A DNA stretch of 64,000 nucleotides from Azolla caroliniana. Taxonomy: Eukaryota > Plantae > Polypodiophyta. Position 1 is the first letter of the stretch; the number at the start of each line of letters is the position of its first letter. Made by a program: the position numbers and the translations under genes. Where the stretch lies: NCBI GenBank assembly GCA_043228905.1, contig JBHGNT010000001.1, positions 22,196,001 to 22,260,000 of the forward strand. The letters run 5' to 3'. The notes below the pieces were generated by a model. It was not told where the DNA came from. It ran no database searches and saw only the letters and a program-made list of their open reading frames with translations. Positions 50,501-61,929 of the stretch are shown here, one piece after another.

Positions 50501-50801
50501 GGTACACCCGTTGTTGGTCGCCAAAGAGGATTTTAATGGGCGGTGCGTGGCTCGTGGGAAGTTGTAATTGGGTGACTAAATCTGCGCTGATGGAAGAGAT
50601 GCTGCTGCCGGAGTCGAGGAGAACTTCTTGGGTCGTGTGCTGGAGGCGGGCGATTGTGGTACAAACGGGCGAAGTTGATGAAGTGGAGGCATGGACGTGC
50701 GGGGGCGGCTCGATCGTGGGAGAAACGGGAGAAGTTGAGGACGTGGAGACGTGGACGTGCGGGGGCGGCTCTCCCTACGGCACCCCGCGCATTAGTTTTC
50801 C
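47507..50801 (-). pseudogene. pol: Pol (protease-RT-RNase H-integrase) in the -1 frame with three in-frame stops
   Basis: LLDSGSS, YRFCVDFR, YLDDIL, TDASNVGLGAVL and YHPQTNGLTER motifs. Stops at 50775-50777 (TAG), 49563-49565 (TGA) and 47727-47729 (TGA). Confidence 0.9.
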
Positions 50802-51742
50802 GGGAGCTCAGAGAGGGAGGCAGCGTTAGCTAATTGGACGTTCTGCTTCTGTTGGTGATTCTGCCACTTTCGGCAGTGACGCCGAATGTGGCCATAGTTG
50901 TTGCAGTAGAAACATTTGGGGCGTCCCTGGCTGTCTCGTTCGGGCAATGCACGCTTGGCACGTAATTGCGCGTTCTGGATGTCGATGTCCATGGGAGTGA
51001 CGGCTGGTATAGTGTTTGTATGATCATGACTGAGATTACCTGGTGTGTGCATGTCGTGCGCGTCTGCAGCTTCGATGCGTTGGGCAGTGAGGATGGCTTC
51101 GTGTAGTGTCATCGGGCCTTGATCGCGTACACGACGGCGGAGGTCATGTCGTATACGCGGCCAGAAAAAAAACAACTTCATGTCCTCCGACATGTTGGCG
51201 TCAGCCCGGCGTAGGATCTGCACAAAACGAACCGCGAACTGGGTGATGGGTTCGCGTGGTTGTTGGGTAATTGACTCAAGTTGTTGTAGGGCCGTCTGGC
51301 GGGAGTCTTGATGAGCAAAATTCCGAATCATGGATGCCCGTAACAGATCCCAGTCGTTGCGTGTCTCTTCGGGTTGTTGTACAAGCCATGTTGCCGCGAT
51401 ATTCTCGAGGAGTGTCTTCATCTCCATTGCCTTCCGAGGGTGTGGCCACTGGTGGTAACTGGCCACCATTTCGAAATGATCTAGCCAAGAGAGGACGTCT
51501 TCCGATGGTAGGCCGGAGAACGGTTTTGGGCGAACTCGAGAGTCCGGGAGATTTTGTTGTGGCTCGGATCGTGCTGAAAGAAAGGACAACATGGCTTGGT
51601 TAGTATGGTTAACTTGTAAAATGATGTTGGACAGAGCTTGAACCAGTTGGTTGATTGGCGATGTGGGCTGGTGTCCTTGATTGTGTTGTAGGAATTCCGG
51701 ATTCATCGAGTTTGCGTTGCCGTCGTTGTTGTCGTGTTGCAT
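50792..51742 (-). CDS. gag: Gag (retrotransposon capsid + CCHC knuckle), 316 aa
   Basis: PKPFSG..EDVLSWLDHFE, QQPREPITQF, TPMDID, CFYCNNYGHIRRHC. Uninterrupted ORF. Confidence 0.9.
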   Translation of the reverse strand: MQHDNNDGNANSMNPEFLQHNQGHQPTSPINQLVQALSNIILQVNHTNQAMLSFLSARSEPQQNLPDSRVRPKPFSGLPSEDVLSWLDHFEMVASYHQWPHPRKAMEMKTLLENIAATWLVQQPEETRNDWDLLRASMIRNFAHQDSRQTALQQLESITQQPREPITQFAVRFVQILRRADANMSEDMKLFFFWPRIRHDLRRRVRDQGPMTLHEAILTAQRIEAADAHDMHTPGNLSHDHTNTIPAVTPMDIDIQNAQLRAKRALPERDSQGRPKCFYCNNYGHIRRHCRKWQNHQQKQNVQLANAASLSELPEN

Positions 51743-53999
51743 CGTGGCGGGCGTTGTTGGGGTCGTGAGTTGGGGTGGCTTGGCCCGTCTTCTCCACCAA
51801 GATGTGAAATGCTCAAGATGTGAAATGCTCTCAAGAATAGCCCCCTTTCATTATGTCTCAAGTTACATTTTATAGACTCTCTCTTAGCGTGGAGGGTGTT
51901 CTCCCGCTCCAATTAGCTCTACTAATTATGGGGCTTGGTGGGGGCCTAGTTTGGGTGTGGTGCATGAGGCTTGGTAGGGGCCTAATTTGGGTGTGGTCTA
52001 TGTGTGGTGCATGGGGCTTGGTAGGGGCCTAATCTAGGTGTGGTCCATGTGACCACCACAATATACTTCTGTTCTTAAAAGCAATCAAAGGAAAGAGTGT
52101 AAGTTCAAGACAACAAAAAAGAGAATGTTTGAGGGATTCTGTTGAAAAGCTAAATTCCAATAGTTGATGTTGACGAAAAATCTTATTATTGTGAGCCATT
52201 TAAATCCAAAAGTGCCCAAAACCTTTTCTAATGATGGAAATAAGGATTGGTTAACAAGCCATGTGTAGTTTTTCCCAAACATTGGGCTAGGAAATCCCTA
52301 AAATGTGTGATGAATATTTGTATTCATTTGGTGATGGACCAAATCCATAATAAGTGTAAGGTAGTTTTTGATTCTCTATCTTTTAGAATCTTAATTGACG
52401 TTAAGCAAAATTAAAGAGGAAAATAAGGAACAAAGGGTACTAGTCTATTCGACCACCCCTTAGTGAAGGTGAAAGACGGATCTAAGTCCCACGTTGGTGT
52501 CCGATACCATCGTGTACGAACATGTATTGTACCTTGGGATTGAAGGAGGCTGTTGAGATATCAAGCTCAACTAAGTTTAGGCATTCAATTAACCACGTAA
52601 CTTAGTAGTTACCTAGATAGAATTTAGTTAGTGTGTTGAGCTTTTAAACCCTTAAATAGGACCTTGTACTTGTACATAAGTGGGGATACATTCTAGATCC
52701 TCCACTACCAAGTATATTTAATATAGGACTTACATCCTTGTACCTATATTCTACTCCCACATGTGCACCCTTGCACATGAGTTGTATATATACCTCATTG
52801 TGGGCATTTTTGTAACTTGATGCTTATTAACATAGAGAAGAGTCTTTAGCTACACTCTTGTTAATCATCCCCCATTTATATTATTGTTCATAAGTGTATC
52901 TTCCTCTCTCTCCTCTCACACACATACACACACAAATCACGTAATCTTCTGTTGCTTTATCAATACTCACATAATTAGACCCTAATTAACCCTAGTTAAT
53001 TACCTAATTATTAACATGGTATCAAAGTGTGCGGTTTAGTACATACACTAAGCCCACCCGACTCTTCGTGATTGTATGTTCGAGACGCCGACAACAAATT
53101 CAACTATCCGCTACCGTAGTGCTACTACGTAGCACGTGTACATGACCGAAGAAAGAAAAGCCAAAAAGGAAGACACTACATCAACATGAACACACAAATG
53201 GGCAGCTCGCTCCCTAGTGAAAAACTAGACCAGAGCAATTTTTCATCTTGGGAGTACAAGATGAACCAATACCTAGTCGCCCAAGGGTATTGGAGCTACA
53301 TCAATGACACACTCGAAAACAAACCTGACATTACAAACGTTGTCGTGCCTTTCGGCTACGGATCGTTGCGTGAGTCGGGTGGGAACCGCCAAGGTTTTGG
53401 ACTAGGAGGAAGAGGAATACAACTTAAGGCTAGTTATGAATAGTAGAAAGAGAAGTAAGATAGCAATCTCATGAATCCCACGAGTTTAGTGTATTTAAAA
53501 CAATATTTAGATTATAAGAGTAATTTAGATGGCAAAATTCCTGAATCCCACGAATATATTAGATTGATCAATCCTTGTATATTAATCAACAACCTTATAC
53601 ATATTTCTCTCCTCCTTATATAAAGATGGAAGAGGCTAAGCATGGCTTCATGCTTTTTCACCAAAAGTGTCCATGCACACTAAATGTGCATGTGATGCTT
53701 TGTCATTTCCTAAGTATAGGGCTCATGCACGCTAGATGTGCATGAGTCACTTTTAATGTCACGTGTAAATAAAATATTCACACCCTAAAGAATACATGAT
53801 TTTTACCTTTTAATAAAGGTATGTGTAAATAAAGGTCTTATACGTATTAAATCTATGTATAACACTAAAGATAAGTTATTATAATGGTAAAGTTGAAGTT
53901 TATCTACGTGGAGGTGTAGGTTTCGAATCTTGCCCTATGCATGTTATAAATATTTTGATATATTATTTATTTATTTATATGTATCTAAAATTAGATATA

Positions 54000-56900
54000 T
54001 TATTTTATGGTTTTCACGTAGTGTGTGGAATACACTACGACACTCGCCCCCTCCGAACCCGCACATCCTCCGGTATGTGCCGAAGTTCTCGATTCCTCAT
54101 ATCCGTCTTCACCCAAAGCTTCCTCCGATTCTCCCCTTATGTCGACAATGAGTTGTAATTCACTTTCTTCGCTTCCCGCATCACCGTGGTCTTCGTCCGA
54201 TTGCTCCTCGTTGTCGGCCTTGGCTTGGATCACATAGGGTTTGTCGTCGGTCCGCTTCTTGAAAATCTTCACCCGCTTCCCGGCTATAGGCACTCGTAGT
54301 ATTGTTCCATCCAACTCGGATAGTCGGTACGTTCCGTTGTCGAAGACTTTCCGAACCTCGTATGGCCCGAACCACCTTTTCGTGAATTTCCGCATCGTTG
54401 TATGTTGATGGTCCAAACTACTGTCATAGATGATCACCCAATCTCCTTCTTCAATCCTCCTCGGTCGTAGTCGGTGCTTTGTGTCGAACCGGCTTTTGTT
54501 CCGGAATCGTGCTTCTTGTTGTCGGCGTATTGCTTCCGCTATGTCTGCCGGTCTTCCCTCTAGTTGTCGTATCCGGACCGCTAGTAGTTCTTCCCGGCTC
54601 ATCTCTTCCTTCCACGGTAGCACTGTCCATGTTGCGATCGCGGTTTCCGTCGGCATTACCGGTGCTTGTCTGGTCATGAGTTCTGCTGGCATGTAACCGG
54701 TTACGGAGCTATGCGTCGTCTGATCCGCCCATAGTGCATACGGAAGCATCTGCGGCCAGTCCTTCACCTTTCCATCGCATGCCTTCGCAAGTGCTTTCAC
54801 GATCGGACTATGTCCTCGTTCGATTTTCCCGTTGGCCTCCGGATTGTATGCCGTTGTCAGCGTTAACCGAACTCCGTGTTTGGCGAAGAATCCCCTAGCT
54901 TTGTCCGAGTCGAGTTCTCCCCGGTCCGCAATCACTTGCCCTACGCACCCGTACCTGCAAAATACTTCCTCCAAAAGAAATTGGCATACCGCGGAACACG
55001 TTTTCCTCTAAAGCGCTCGACCTTCTACTTGATTCGTGAGATCTTCCCGAGCTAATACCAAGTATTTCTTTTGTCCGATCCCGGTCGGCATGGCCACTAT
55101 GTCGACCATCCACTTGAAGTTGATTGTCGGTGAGAATGTCAGATGCAACTCATCTCGATGTCGAACCCCGGAGTAGACTTGACATTTCTCGCAGCTTTTC
55201 GTGAACTCCGCGACATCTTTGTACATTTTCTTCCACCAATATTTTTGCTTGATCTTCACAAATGTTGCCCATGTTCCTCGGTGTCCAGCCCAATCGGATT
55301 CGTGAAACTCGGACATTATCCGGTTTCGTTGCTCTTTTGTCCCGACTACTCGAAGTGGTATACCATCCGGTCTTTTCGGCGCCCTCCATATTAATCCGTT
55401 TTCCAAGAAGAACTTTTGGACTTGCCTCCTCTTCCATTGGATCTCGGCTCTTCTTCCTTTATCGTTTGTTGAGTCCTCGGCCTCTTGTAACATCTTTCCG
55501 ATCATCAAGATTTCTCCCTCGTATTCTTCTTCCTGGAATTCTCGGATTACGTTCACTCGGCATATGTGCTCTGACGCGAAGTAGTCTTTGGAAACTTCTT
55601 CATTATCCGATTCGGTTATGTCGTCTCCGAACTGAGCCCTTGATAACATATCCGCTACCGCGTTGTCCTTCCCCGAGATGTGTCGAACCTCCGGATTAAG
55701 CGACTGGACATATGCAATCCACCTTAGCATAGCTACATCCGGTATCGTACAACACCGCATCATCCCGAGTATCGGAAGACAATCCGTCTCGATCACCACT
55801 TCGGCTCCGATCAAATAATCCCGATCCGATTTTATCGCCGACACGACTCCCCACAGTTCTCTTTTGACTTGTGCATATCCACGTTGCCTTTCGTTGAGAA
55901 CCTTTGCTCCGAATCGGATCGGATACCGTGAAACATCCGAGTCGGCTTGATTGATGACCCACCCGATACCGGTTGGACTTGTATCAACCGTTACTATGAT
56001 TGGTCGGTCGTAGCTCGGCTTCTTAAGTGCTTTCGCCCTCCGAAGTGTCTTCTTCAATTTCTTCATGGCTTTGGTGTGTTCCGGTTTCCATTCGAATTTC
56101 TTACCTTTCCGCAACAAGTGGTAGAGCGGGTCCGCTATATGTGCATAGTGCGGAATCCATATGTGATAGAATGCACATGCACCGAGAAACCTTCGGACTT
56201 CGGATGTTGACTCGCATACTTCCTCCATAGCTTGAATCGCATCGGTCTTTGTTGGTGACGGTCTTCGGCCGTAGGGCCCACATAGATGTCCGACCACCAA
56301 TATTTCTTCTTGCCCGAATGCCGATTTCTCCCCGGAAAGTGTTAGGTGCACATCTTCTAGCTTTCGCAACACTTTCTCGCAATCATGAATATGGTCGACC
56401 ACGAACTTTCGGCATCCCCGATCATCCATAGTCTCATCTTTTTCTTCTACCGCGGATCCTTTCATCGGAATGTCATCGAGGAACGACATCGTTATCTCCG
56501 GAATGCAATCTCGAAGCACCTTGTTCATCGCGTTCATCATATGAGCAACCGAGTTTGTCGCTCCTTGTGGTAGTGTGCACATTCGGACTAATCCTATCGG
56601 TGTTCGCATGGTTGTGATGTCTCGGCTCTCCACGGCTAGTTGGAATTGGTCATACCCTGAGTATAGGTCTCCGATGGAGTATATCGCACGACCGGAAAAA
56701 GCTTCCGCAAATTCGTCCACTATCGGACCGACTCCCGAGTTCCGGATCGTGACCTTATTCACTGGTTGCAAGTCTTTGATAAATCGGAGTGACCCATTCT
56801 TCTTCGGAACCGTAAACCATCGATTTGAGTACGGAGCAGTTGATGGCTCTAGAATCCCCATCGCCACCTTCTCCTTGAGCAAGTCAATGACTTTCGGAAT

Positions 56901-57641
56901 ATGCGCTCGTGGCACCGGAATCGGCTTCAGGTTCCACGGTACATGGTCAATCGTGAAGATCACCATCGGCTCCACTATTCTCGGATCGACGCACCCTATC
57001 TCCCTTGATGTAAATGCAAACGCTTTGCCGTGTTGCTCCAACATCTCGCGAAACCGTTCTTCTTCTTTTTGTAATAGGAACCCACCTCCACCGATCCGAA
57101 GTTTCTTCCGGGTCTCATCCGTGAAGGCATGTCCAATATCCACGGACTTCCGAAGTGTCGGATCTCCCGAGACTTCTTTCCTCTTTTGTTCGCTATCGGC
57201 GGGTAGTGGTCCCGCGATCGGTTTCACCTTCTTCTCCACGGTCTTGTATTTCGTACTTACCATTGCTTCTTCTTTGCGGAGCGTATCCGGCTCCATTTTC
57301 GCAATGATCTCGTACATCTCGACCGATTCCACCGGGACTACCCGGTTCCCTTGGCTTTTATCTTCCGCAAGCTCTTCAAGTCGTTGTAGCATGCTCCCAT
57401 AGAACACTTCTTCGACTATCCCCATGATTTCTTCATCTTCTTTTATTATTGATGCCAACCGCAACTTATCCTCCACTTGTCGGTATCCTTTCTGCAATCC
57501 TCCGGTTATGGTCGTGTACGTAGATGCCCCATCCGGACCGATTTGTACATGTTTTGCTCCGAGAGTTTTCTTCCTGTGTGGGGTATCAGGGCTTCTCGGA
57601 CTATCACTTCCCCACTCCGCAACAGTCCGCTTTAAAAATCC
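54000..57641 (-). pseudogene. pol: Pol (RT-RNase H-integrase) in the -1 frame with one in-frame TAG at 55008-55010
   Basis: DLYSGYDQF, LPQGATNSVA, FLDDIP, VDTSPTGIGW, H-H-C-C zinc finger, YNPEANGKIER, WFGPY. Confidence 0.9.
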
Positions 57642-59555
57642 ATTCTCACTTGGGACAAGAGTTCCCTCTTGTTCCTTTCGTGATTTGCCGGCACTGTTAG
57701 GAATTGGATGGATTTCCCACCGTTTTGGCTCTGAATTCGCGCAAAAGCTGCACCGCTATCGAGAACCTTCGTCTCCATCTGTGATGCCGTGATAAAGGGT
57801 TGGCCGAGGATGACGGAATGTGAAACCTCATCTTGCACGAAGAAATTTTGGTCGATCTCGACATCCCCGATCTTCACCGTCACATCCGGACAAGCCGCAA
57901 ATAGATCTTCCGTTACTTTGGTGGCCGCCTGAATCTTCCATCCATGGTTGGTGTTAATAGGCCACTTCCCCTTCCAGTAGAACTCCTTGGACATCAAGTT
58001 GATCTCCGATCCGTGATCAATCAATGCTATCACGGGTTCTTTGATGTTGCCGATTCGGACCGGAGTCTCCGTAGTCGCGCGTGCCCAATGTGGCCTTGTA
58101 TAGTGGGAGTTGGGAATTTCGTCCTCCACTTCGGTGTCGTTCATTAAAACGGTGTTCGCATTCACCCTTGGAGCATTTTCCTCCGTACTTTGTCTTTTTC
58201 GCTTCACGAGATCCACGAGAAGATCGTGGAACTCCTTCTTTGCTATTCCGAGTAGCTCCCGAAGCGAGAAATCTACCCGGCTATCCAAGATCCTTTCCTC
58301 GAACACTCTTTTCAAGTCGGTTTGTTGTTCTATGTCCGAGGCGAGCTTGAATGCCGGAGTCGCCTTTTCTTTTTCCTTACCTCCGGAGTTCCAGCTTTCC
58401 GGTATCTTCGATGGCCCGTCTGCATCCTCCGTGCATCGTCGTTTCTCGTCCACATACACCTTATGCAATTGACACAGGGCGTATACGCTATTCTTGTCGA
58501 CATGGCACTCCCATCCCGTAGTTTCCCAGACGCCTTCCGCGGTGCTTCGGATCTCGTTGGAGTCGGTTTTCTCGGTGTTTTCTAGAACTTCCGGCCAAAA
58601 AGACGTCTTTGCTCTCGATGACTCCCCGACACATATTCCCGCGGTTGTCGCATAGTTGCTTCTTGCCGCCAATTCCTCCTCGAGCACCTTCTTCATGCCA
58701 CCTTTCCGGAAGTTCGGTCGGAGTGGCTTCCGAGAGTCCATCGAATGAATCCGGTTTCCCTCGTAGTAGATGAGATCCCGCCGTAGCGCCTCCTTATGCT
58801 CGTCGCAATCCCTCCGATCGTGTTCGGCGCTATCACACCATATGCACCGTCGGTCCGTATACTTGGAGCTTGTGGGGCGGTCATCCGACTTCTTCACCAT
58901 CACGATCTTCAGATGCTCCATCTCCTTCAATAGTTGCTCCACCGTAGATGCATCAATCCCCTTCTCGGTTGTAGTCTCCCGAACCCTCGGTTGATGGTCT
59001 TCCAATCTGGTTCTCGGTTTCGGAATCGGTTCCGAAACCCTCTTTTCCTCGTTGGCAAGCCATTGCCCCCTCTTCGTGTATCGCGCGACGATATCCCACA
59101 CACTTTCCCATGTTTCGGTGAGGCCACTCCCCGAACCGGCTTTCGAATGCCGAAAACACATCAACGACCTTCAATCCCTTGTCCGGCGTCTCCACCCAAT
59201 CTTCGAATCCCCTTCGCGTCGCCTTGGAGGAATCCTCGATGGCGAACGTCCTCTTTAGCTCTTCTTCAAATGCCTCCCATGTCGGATTTTGTTGTCGTAG
59301 CCCATGGATGCTTGCTTGAAGCCCGTCGGTCGCCACCCGGTTGAAGGACGTCACTTGCAGTCCTTCCGATATTCCGCACCGTAGCATCTCCGCCTTGTAG
59401 TCCCGAAGATACCGCGACACGTCTTTCCCGTTGAATTGCCCGTTTCATTGCACGAACCGCTCCACTGATGCCACTATCTCCGACATCGCGCGTTGTTCTT
59501 GTAGCATGCGCTCGAACATCATCATCATGTTGCTAGCTTCTGGTTGATTTTCCAT
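57632..59555 (-). pseudogene. gag: Gag-protease ORF (one stop and one frameshift)
   Basis: ATG at about 59555, TGA at about 59445, frameshift at about 59120, knuckle CIWCDSAEHDRRDC, protease LIDHGSEINLM, ends ..RMDF*. Confidence 0.85.
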
Positions 59556-61929
59556 CTCCTTGCCACCCGGTTTTCACGTCGGGTTCACCAACTGTGTCGT
59601 GCCTTTCGGCTCCGGATCGTTGCGTGAGTCAGGTGGGAACCGTTGAGGTTTTGGACTAGGAGGAAGAGGAATACAACTTAAGGCTAGTTATGAATAGTAG
59701 AAAGAGAAGTAAGATAGCAATCTCGTGAATCCCACGAGTTTAGTGTATTTAAAACAATATTTAGATTATAAGAGCAATTTAGATGGCAAAATTCGTGAAT
59801 CCCACGAATATATTAGATTGATCAATCCTTGTATATTAATCAACAACCTTATACATATTTCTCTCCTCCTTATATAAAGATGGAAGAGGCTAAGCATGGC
59901 TTCATGCTTTTTCACCAAAAGTGTCCATGCACACTAAATGTGCATGTGATGCTTTGTCATTTCCTAAGTATAGGGCTCATGCACGCTAGATGTGCATGAG
60001 TCACTTTTAATGTCACGTGTAAATAAAATATTCACACCCTAAAGAATACATGATTTTTACCTTTTAATAAAGGTATGTGTAAATAAAGGTCTTATACGTA
60101 TTAAATCTATATGTATAACACTAAAGATAAGTTATTATAATGGTAAAGTTGAAGTTTATCTACGTGGAGGTGTAGGGTTCGAATCTTGCCCTATGCACGT
60201 GATAAATATTTTGATATATTATTTATTTATTTATATGTATCTAAAATCGGATATATTATTTTATGGTTTTCACGTAGTGTGTGGAATACACTACGACAAT
60301 GTCAACTACCCAACGTGGGAGCAAGGAGCGAGTTGGGTAATGTATTGCTTGGCAACATGTGTCCACGACCACATGTTTAGCCACATTCGAGACACCAAGA
60401 TGCCTAAAGAAGCGTGAGAGAACTTAAAGAACATTTTCGCCGCCAACACGACCACGCGCAAGCTTCAACTCCGGCAAGACTTGAACAACATACAAAAAAA
60501 AGATATGCTTCTGTCGGACTACACCACCAAGATCAAGATCATTTGCGACTCGCTTGGCTCCATCAACATAAACGTCAAATATGCTTGGGTGGACTCGCAC
60601 ATCAGTTCGAGGGAAAACCCGATAAGGATGGCTATCTTAGCGAGGGAAAACCCTCCTTTGTTCTTCGAACTCCAACCAATGTTATTGGTCCAAGAGAGCT
60701 ACATCCGAACCAAGACCAAGACGTTAGAAGGACAAATGTTATTCTCGAATTTGGATGGTGTCCGAGGATGAGGTTGAGGTGGTAGGACAGGACGATTTGA
60801 CCTATGTCACGAAGGGAACTTAAAGCTTCTTACACAAGACGGAAGCTATTGAGGAACCTTTGGAAAAAGGGGGAGCTTCCATGCCGAGCAAGGTTGGCAA
60901 ACGAGGCCCGCTACTTGCAACTATTGTGGCAAAATCGGGTGACTGTGAAGAGGAGTGCTGAAAGAAGAGAAATGAGTCGGCTTCCACAAGCCGACAATTC
61001 ATAAATTACGCCACCAACTCCGAATACGATGACTATGGTGGGCTATTAATAATGAGACATAGAGCGAACTCTATGACGGCCTTCGACTCCACAAGCACCT
61101 CCAACTCGGAAGACATATGGTTCGTCGACTCCAGCGCCTCACATCATATGACGTCACACCAGGAGTGGTTCTGTGACTTAAGAATGCTAGATCGACCCGG
61201 CTACATAGAGATGGGAGACGACACCGCAGATCCCATTCGGTACATCGGCAACGATGGCCAAAAAAATTGCATCAAGAATGTCTTGCAAGTTCCTACAATA
61301 ACAAAGAATTTTGTCTCGGTCAGCCAAATTGTGGAACAAGGCATGCAAGTTTGTTTCAACAACGAAGGATGCTTTATAGAAAAAGATGGCCAACTCATAG
61401 CTAGAGGATGGAGAGACGATCGAATGTTCATTCTCGATTTGAACGAGGTAAAATCGGCTATGTATGCCAAAGGTCTCAAAACTGAGTCGAACATCGACTT
61501 GTGGCACAAGAGAATCACCCACATCAAGTCTCCAACGGCTTCGAGGGATGCAATCAAAGTGAGTCTTCATCGGACTTCCGACATTTGAGTTGAAACGAGT
61601 GGACCGAGTGTGCGAAGCATGTCAACTCCGCAAACAACATTGACTCCCATTCCCAAAGGAGAGTTGTGTAAATAAAGGCCTCCTTGTATGGGGACCGGTG
61701 CAAACACAGACCATCGGAGGATGTCGGTACTACGTCACCTTCATCGATGACTGCTCACACTACACATGAATCTCTTCTCGATGAAGAAGAAGAGCAAAGT
61801 GCTCTCCCACTTTCAAAAGCTCAAGAGCCAAGTCGAGAAAGAAACTGGTTGGCACATTCGATGCCTACGATCAGATGGAGGAAAGGAGTACTTCTCCAAC
61901 GAATTCATCTCCTACCTCCAAGGTGAAGG

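Larger units (their letters stand above)
47226..52060 (-). mobile_element. Full-length young Ty3/gypsy element (no chromodomain)
   Basis: 258-bp LTRs at 47226-47483 and 51803-52060 with no differences seen, 4-bp TSD ATAT, empty site at about 37883, PBS TGGTGGAGA.. (tRNA-Ala-like) at about 51784-51799, PPT 47484-47494. Confidence 0.96.
53341..60298 (-). mobile_element. Full-length Ty3/gypsy element with tRNA-Trp PBS (non-chromovirus, possibly Phygy-like)
   Basis: LTRs 53341-54042 and 59595-60298 (about 13 substitutions and a 2-bp indel), TSD ACGT/ATGT, PBS 59573-59590, PPT 54043-54054. Confidence 0.95.

Noticed and set aside
56575-57402. 275-aa antisense ORF over RT
   Set aside because: It is a typical antisense shadow of a codon-biased pol with no independent evidence.
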